Source: Callorhinchus milii (Eukaryota). From it: a stretch of 64,000 bases of DNA. The position numbers and the translations under genes were made by a program. Location of the stretch: NCBI RefSeq assembly GCF_018977255.1, contig NW_024704743.1, forward strand, positions 47,246,001 through 47,310,000, given 5' to 3'. Positions 59,423 through 64,000 of this stretch are shown here, piece after piece (position 1 is the stretch's first letter; every line of letters starts with the position of its first letter). The notes under the pieces are model-generated. The model worked only from the letters and a program-made list of their open reading frames with translations. It was not told where the DNA came from and searched no databases.

Positions 59423-61732
59423 ATGGGGTTCTCGGGGGCGCTGGGGCTGGTGTGCGTGTGGTGTGTGGCGGTGGGGGTGGGGGTGGGGGTGTGCGGGGCT
59501 GTGAGTCCGTGGTGTCCGGAGCGATGTGACTGTCAGCCTCAGCACCTGGTCTGCACGAACCGCGGGCTGCGGCGGGTGCCCCATCCTCTCCGCGACGCCC
59601 AGCACGTCCTCACCTACAGCCTGGGGGGCAACTTCATCAGCAACATCTCGGCCCCCCGCTTCACCCGCTTCCCCGGGCTGCTGCGCCTGGACCTGCAGTA
59701 CAACAAGATCGAGCTCATCCACCCCAAAGCCTTCGACCGGCTGTCCAGGCTGGAGGAGCTGTACCTGGGCAACAACGCGCTGTCCAGCCTCCCCAGCGGG
59801 GCTTTCAGCTCCCTCGGCAAACTGCGGCTCCTCAACATCAACGACAACCGCCTGAAGAAGCTGAGCCACCAGCTCTTCGCACACCTGGACAACCTGATCA
59901 AACTCAGACTGGACGGCAACGCGTTGGAGATGCTGCAGGACGCGCTCTTCAAGCGTTTGGGAAAGCTGCTTTCCCTGCAGCTGGAGTCCAACAGGATCCA
60001 GGCTCTGGGAGCGGACACCTTCACCAACCTGGGGCAGCTCACCTACCTGAACCTGGCCAGGAACAACCAGACCTCGCTCCGCAACGCGGCCGTGTTCGCT
60101 CACCTCAGGTCCCTGGCCACCCTCATCCTGGCCCAGAATCATATCAAGTACATCGGACACCGCGTCTTCCAGTCGCTCCAGAAACTCTCCAAGCTGTCTC
60201 TCAGCCACAACAAGATCTCCCACATAGCCATCCAGGCTTTCGAGGGCCTCTCTGGCCTGAAGGAGCTGCTGGTCAATGGTAACCTGTTGAGGGAGGTCCC
60301 GGGGAGTCTGCTGGACCCTCTGGCCAGGCTGGAGCAGTTGGATCTCAGCAGTAACCGCATCGCCAATGTGCACCCGCTGGCCTTCAAGCGACTGGCAAAC
60401 CTGAAGGTGCTGAAATTGAAGAATAACCAGCTGTCCCACCTGTCGGGCCAGACCTTCACTTTCAGCGGCTTCCTGTACAGCTTGGATCTGAGTGGCAATA
60501 GCTGGGCTTGTGACTGCAGGCTGGGGGAGTTGAGGAAGTGGATGGCATGGGCGCACGCTCAAGGCAGGTTGCTCACTGTCTTTGTCCGCTGCCATCACCC
60601 CACTCTGTTGAGCGGCAAGTACCTGGATTATTTGACGGATTCAGAGCTGCAGGGTGCAGGACGAGCCGACCTGTGCTCCCTCCACAAAATCCAGCCATCC
60701 TCCAACGTTTCCGAGGGGGCCCGGGGTGACGAACTGGATGTCCAGGCGGATCAGGAGAGGACCCTGGACCCAGAGAAAACCAAGACTGAAGAGGACACAC
60801 TGCACAAGCCTTCTCCTTTCCCCACTGCTGCTTCTAACCTGCTGCCTAAAAACAAGCGTCTCATTCTCCAACCATCACCCACCTGGACTGTTACAATCAG
60901 CCCTGACCTGGGACTGAATACTGGAGAAGATCTGGAATCTGAGACCACGGCTGGAGAGACAACCAGTCTGGTGTTTACTGTTGACACCTCCTCCCCGCTC
61001 TCTTCCAGGTCAGAACAGTACCATTACCTGGTAGACTCGGTGGACGAGGCAGCGCCCAAACCATTGATCACAGACCCCTGCGAGTTCAACAAGCTCTACA
61101 TCACCAACCTGACCGTGCAGGGAGTCACCGCGTCCACAGCCACCATCAGGTGGAAAGTGGCACATCCTGGTTTCAGGAATGCCGTGTATTTCCGGGTGCT
61201 GTTTGACAGGTTTGGCCAGCTGGTGGCATTCCACCGTTTCATCTACGTGAAGGACCGATCAGACTGGGTCACACTGAGGGAGCTGCGGGAGGAGACGCCT
61301 TACATTGTGTGCCTGGAAAGTGTCATCTCGGAGCGTGTGTGCCAGGTGGCTTCTCGGGATCATTGCCTGGGCATCCTCACCCTGCCCCTGACCAGAGCAC
61401 CCCTGGGAGTGCAGCATTACATTTTGATATTGTCAGCCGCCAACGCCTTCCTGGTGATCCTGGGCTTCTCCATCTGGATATCCAAAATGCTCCGCAGGAA
61501 GCTGCGAAGGAGAAGAGCCCCAGTCAATGTGCGGCGAATGTACTCAACCCGCCGTCCACTCCGCACCATGGGCTCCGGGGTCTCGGCTGGAGATTGCGGA
61601 GCTTTCCCATCCAACAGGGCGCGATCGGTCATGTACCAGATCAACGAGGCTGATCTGATGGACTTCCAGGCAGATCGGCTCATGGACATCAATTTAAGGA
61701 GAGAGGACATAGGGCAACGCTATGCAGATTAA
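59423..61732 (+). CDS. TRIL: TLR4 interactor with leucine-rich repeats (single coding exon, 769 aa: signal peptide, LRRNT, LRRs, LRRCT, FN3, TM, cytoplasmic tail)
   Basis: First in-frame ATG of the long ORF is at 59423. Motifs: CPERCDCQPQHLVCTNRGLRRVP, tandem LxxLxLxxN, NSWACDC...CHHP, DPCEFNK FN3-like region, TM ILILSAANAFLVILGFSIWI, tail RRPLRTMGSGVSA...QRYAD. Downstream of CPVL as in human. Confidence 0.95.
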   Translation: MGFSGALGLVCVWCVAVGVGVGVCGAVSPWCPERCDCQPQHLVCTNRGLRRVPHPLRDAQHVLTYSLGGNFISNISAPRFTRFPGLLRLDLQYNKIELIHPKAFDRLSRLEELYLGNNALSSLPSGAFSSLGKLRLLNINDNRLKKLSHQLFAHLDNLIKLRLDGNALEMLQDALFKRLGKLLSLQLESNRIQALGADTFTNLGQLTYLNLARNNQTSLRNAAVFAHLRSLATLILAQNHIKYIGHRVFQSLQKLSKLSLSHNKISHIAIQAFEGLSGLKELLVNGNLLREVPGSLLDPLARLEQLDLSSNRIANVHPLAFKRLANLKVLKLKNNQLSHLSGQTFTFSGFLYSLDLSGNSWACDCRLGELRKWMAWAHAQGRLLTVFVRCHHPTLLSGKYLDYLTDSELQGAGRADLCSLHKIQPSSNVSEGARGDELDVQADQERTLDPEKTKTEEDTLHKPSPFPTAASNLLPKNKRLILQPSPTWTVTISPDLGLNTGEDLESETTAGETTSLVFTVDTSSPLSSRSEQYHYLVDSVDEAAPKPLITDPCEFNKLYITNLTVQGVTASTATIRWKVAHPGFRNAVYFRVLFDRFGQLVAFHRFIYVKDRSDWVTLRELREETPYIVCLESVISERVCQVASRDHCLGILTLPLTRAPLGVQHYILILSAANAFLVILGFSIWISKMLRRKLRRRRAPVNVRRMYSTRRPLRTMGSGVSAGDCGAFPSNRARSVMYQINEADLMDFQADRLMDINLRREDIGQRYAD

Positions 61733-64000
61733 AGCATTCGCTGTCCAGGGAGGGTTGGGAGGGGGTCACCCTGGATGCAGGGTGGAAAAAAAAGCGAAAA
61801 TAATTTGTCACTACGTGTCACTTATTTGGTGTGAGAAATTGTGGCCAGGCCATGGTTACTTAGTTCATTCTCATTGCCGAGGAAATAGGTTGAATGCTTA
61901 AAAAAAAGTTCACATTTCCTCGGAAATGTATCAGGTACTTGTGATCCATTGACCATAATGTATTCCATAGGAGAGGGCGGTATTAACTTTGGTTGAAAAT
62001 GACAGGGTTCTTCTGCACTTGCTTTGTTTTGTGTCAAAATCTGACCAGCAGCCTAAAACGAATCCTAAATGTCCACCTTCTCATTCATTGTTGTTTTAGA
62101 ACCACCTGAAATTGTCATCTTTTCATATCAAATGCAAGGATTATTATTATTATTAAGAGTGTCCCCGAAGGGAGCGTTTGATTTCCATGTTTTTTTAGAG
62201 CAGCCTGAGGTGATATACTGTAATAAAACCCAGCAGCCTTCAAATGATAAGCATCATTCAAAATTGACCATAATCAACGTTGTAAATTACAAAGTGTGGT
62301 GCTTCTTTAATATAACTTCAAAAGGTAATCAGCTGCCTTCATCAGCTGGTATTTTTAGACTGTTTAGAGCTCTATTTTGTTCCATGAGAGGTGGACAAAT
62401 GGCTTTACCCCATGCTAAAACACTTCCAAACTCTTTCGACACATCTTTTGCCAAGGTCTAATTGGATTACTGAGGATTTCTGCTATTGCTAACTTGCTTT
62501 GTAAACCCTTCATCATCTTTTCATTCAGTGAGATTATTCCTAGGAAGCAATTTGAATTTCCCAATGGATAAAAAGTCCCAGATCCCGTGACAGAAAGTAC
62601 AGTGGAAAGGATTTTACTTTTATCCAATAATTACAACAATGATCTACTCAACAATCTGGACATTTTGTTGAGACAGATACATTCAGAGTGAACAACAGGA
62701 CTTTTGCTGATACATTAATCAAAGAATGAAAATTTCATTTGTTCCGTTAAAATAGTATATGCAGGGTGTACAATGTCAGCCATTCATCCATTTACTATTG
62801 CTGCATTTCAAAAACTCTTTTAAATTCAAAGTCAGCTGCTTTGAGTAAACTACTAATGTAATATCAGCTTTAACCATGACAGGAACAATATATGGCATTG
62901 GTAATTCCAAATGAACTGTGCCTTGTTCCATGAAGATGCCATTTTCACTGGGATACTTTGTCTTAAAAATACCAAAGAAGAAAGACTCAAAAATTGAAAC
63001 CTGCACTGTGGAAGCATTGAACTGGGTGATTGAATCAGTTATCAACATCGATAGCTCTAGTGGATCTAGTTGTGCCTCGTCCTTCATCTGGTGAAAGATT
63101 ATTCTAGCTGACCTGAAATCCTTTTAAACAAGCCGGGCAATCAAAATGACATTCAAGGAATAATGAGTGCTGCCTGAAGCTTATATTAAAATATATTTTG
63201 GCTGAAGGTGGAAATATTTTGCTGCTAAATTGCAATTTGGATGCTTTCAATGTTCATGTAGTTCTCAGAACATTTTCCTGAAGTTTGTTGGAATGTGACA
63301 CGCGAATTATAGAACAGTTGTGAATGGACGAGAAAGCTATCCTTCTGCCACTAATGAGTATGTTTTTCATTAACGATGAGTAGAGGCCATGCAGCGGATC
63401 ATTTTTTTAAAAACCACTAAAGGCCTTTTATTCCGAGATGACAGCTCTTCAAAACAATCTGGATTTGCAGCCCTAATGGAGAGCTACTGCTGGAAAAGTG
63501 CTTTATTATGTGTTATGTAGGTAAATGTTCCACATAATGTTGACAGATCTAACCACTTTTTTATTGATCTTATCTTTTCAGGAAATGCCATTGAGGAATT
63601 ATGCTTTTTATGTGTGTTATATTAACTGTTATAAAAAAAATTCATGTTTCCAACAGGCCATTTGTTAGATATTAATTAAAGAATGCACAAGAGTTATGGC
63701 TAGAGTTATGAAGATTGTCTGTTAAAATTTGAATAAGGTGATTTATTTCATACAAATACAAATCAGATTTTGATGTATCATCTTGTAAAATCAGGTTGTG
63801 TTTGCCACCATCTTCCTTTTAGATCCCAACACATGCATAAGAAGTTAGATGCACGGTCAGGCTGTGGCAGTTACAATTATCTTTCATTGAAAGTTAATAT
63901 CAACATCATTCACGTGAATCATACAAATACTGAGTAATGAATTGCTGAAGGAAATTATGTCTATCATGGTTAAGAAAGTGCCATGTATTCAGCTGTCTGT

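Noticed and set aside
59090..60598. 502-aa antisense ORF
   Set aside because: Shadow of the GC-rich TRIL codons plus the repeat; no independent domain
62222..62227. AATAAA as the TRIL polyadenylation signal
   Set aside because: Possible, but an isolated hexamer in AT-rich DNA is insufficient support
1..64000. CRISPR arrays, operons or other prokaryotic systems
   Set aside because: The sequence is spliced vertebrate DNA and has no regularly spaced repeat-spacer array

Overview
Vertebrate genomic DNA, most likely from a cartilaginous fish. This is inferred from the repeat content (DeuSINE-like SINEs, L2, CR1 and Penelope relics), not from a database match. Two protein-coding genes lie on the + strand in the same order and orientation as in human. 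(1) CPVL, a serine carboxypeptidase of family S10, has 12 coding exons at 11198-46916. All have GT-AG junctions, and the catalytic motifs GE|SYAG, GQLD and GGGH are present. Coding exon 10 (28174-28346) is 1 nt short, which gives a frameshift and a TGA at 28288-28290; this is either an assembly error or a loss-of-function allele. (2) TRIL is an intronless LRR-FN3-TM gene at 59423-61732 (769 aa). Introns and intergenic DNA are dense in retroelements. Notable structures: a Penelope GIY-YIG fragment followed by a degenerate hammerhead-ribozyme motif; a tRNA-headed SINE family that shares its 3' stem-loop with L2 LINEs; a near-perfect 78-nt intronic hairpin; a ~1.9 kb element bounded by ~174-bp inverted repeats; near-identical inverted SINEs flanking one in-frame exon; an unclassified dispersed repeat; and an overlapping uORF over the TRIL start. 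I cannot claim a wholly new biological system from sequence alone. Repeat boundaries and identity figures are by-eye estimates.
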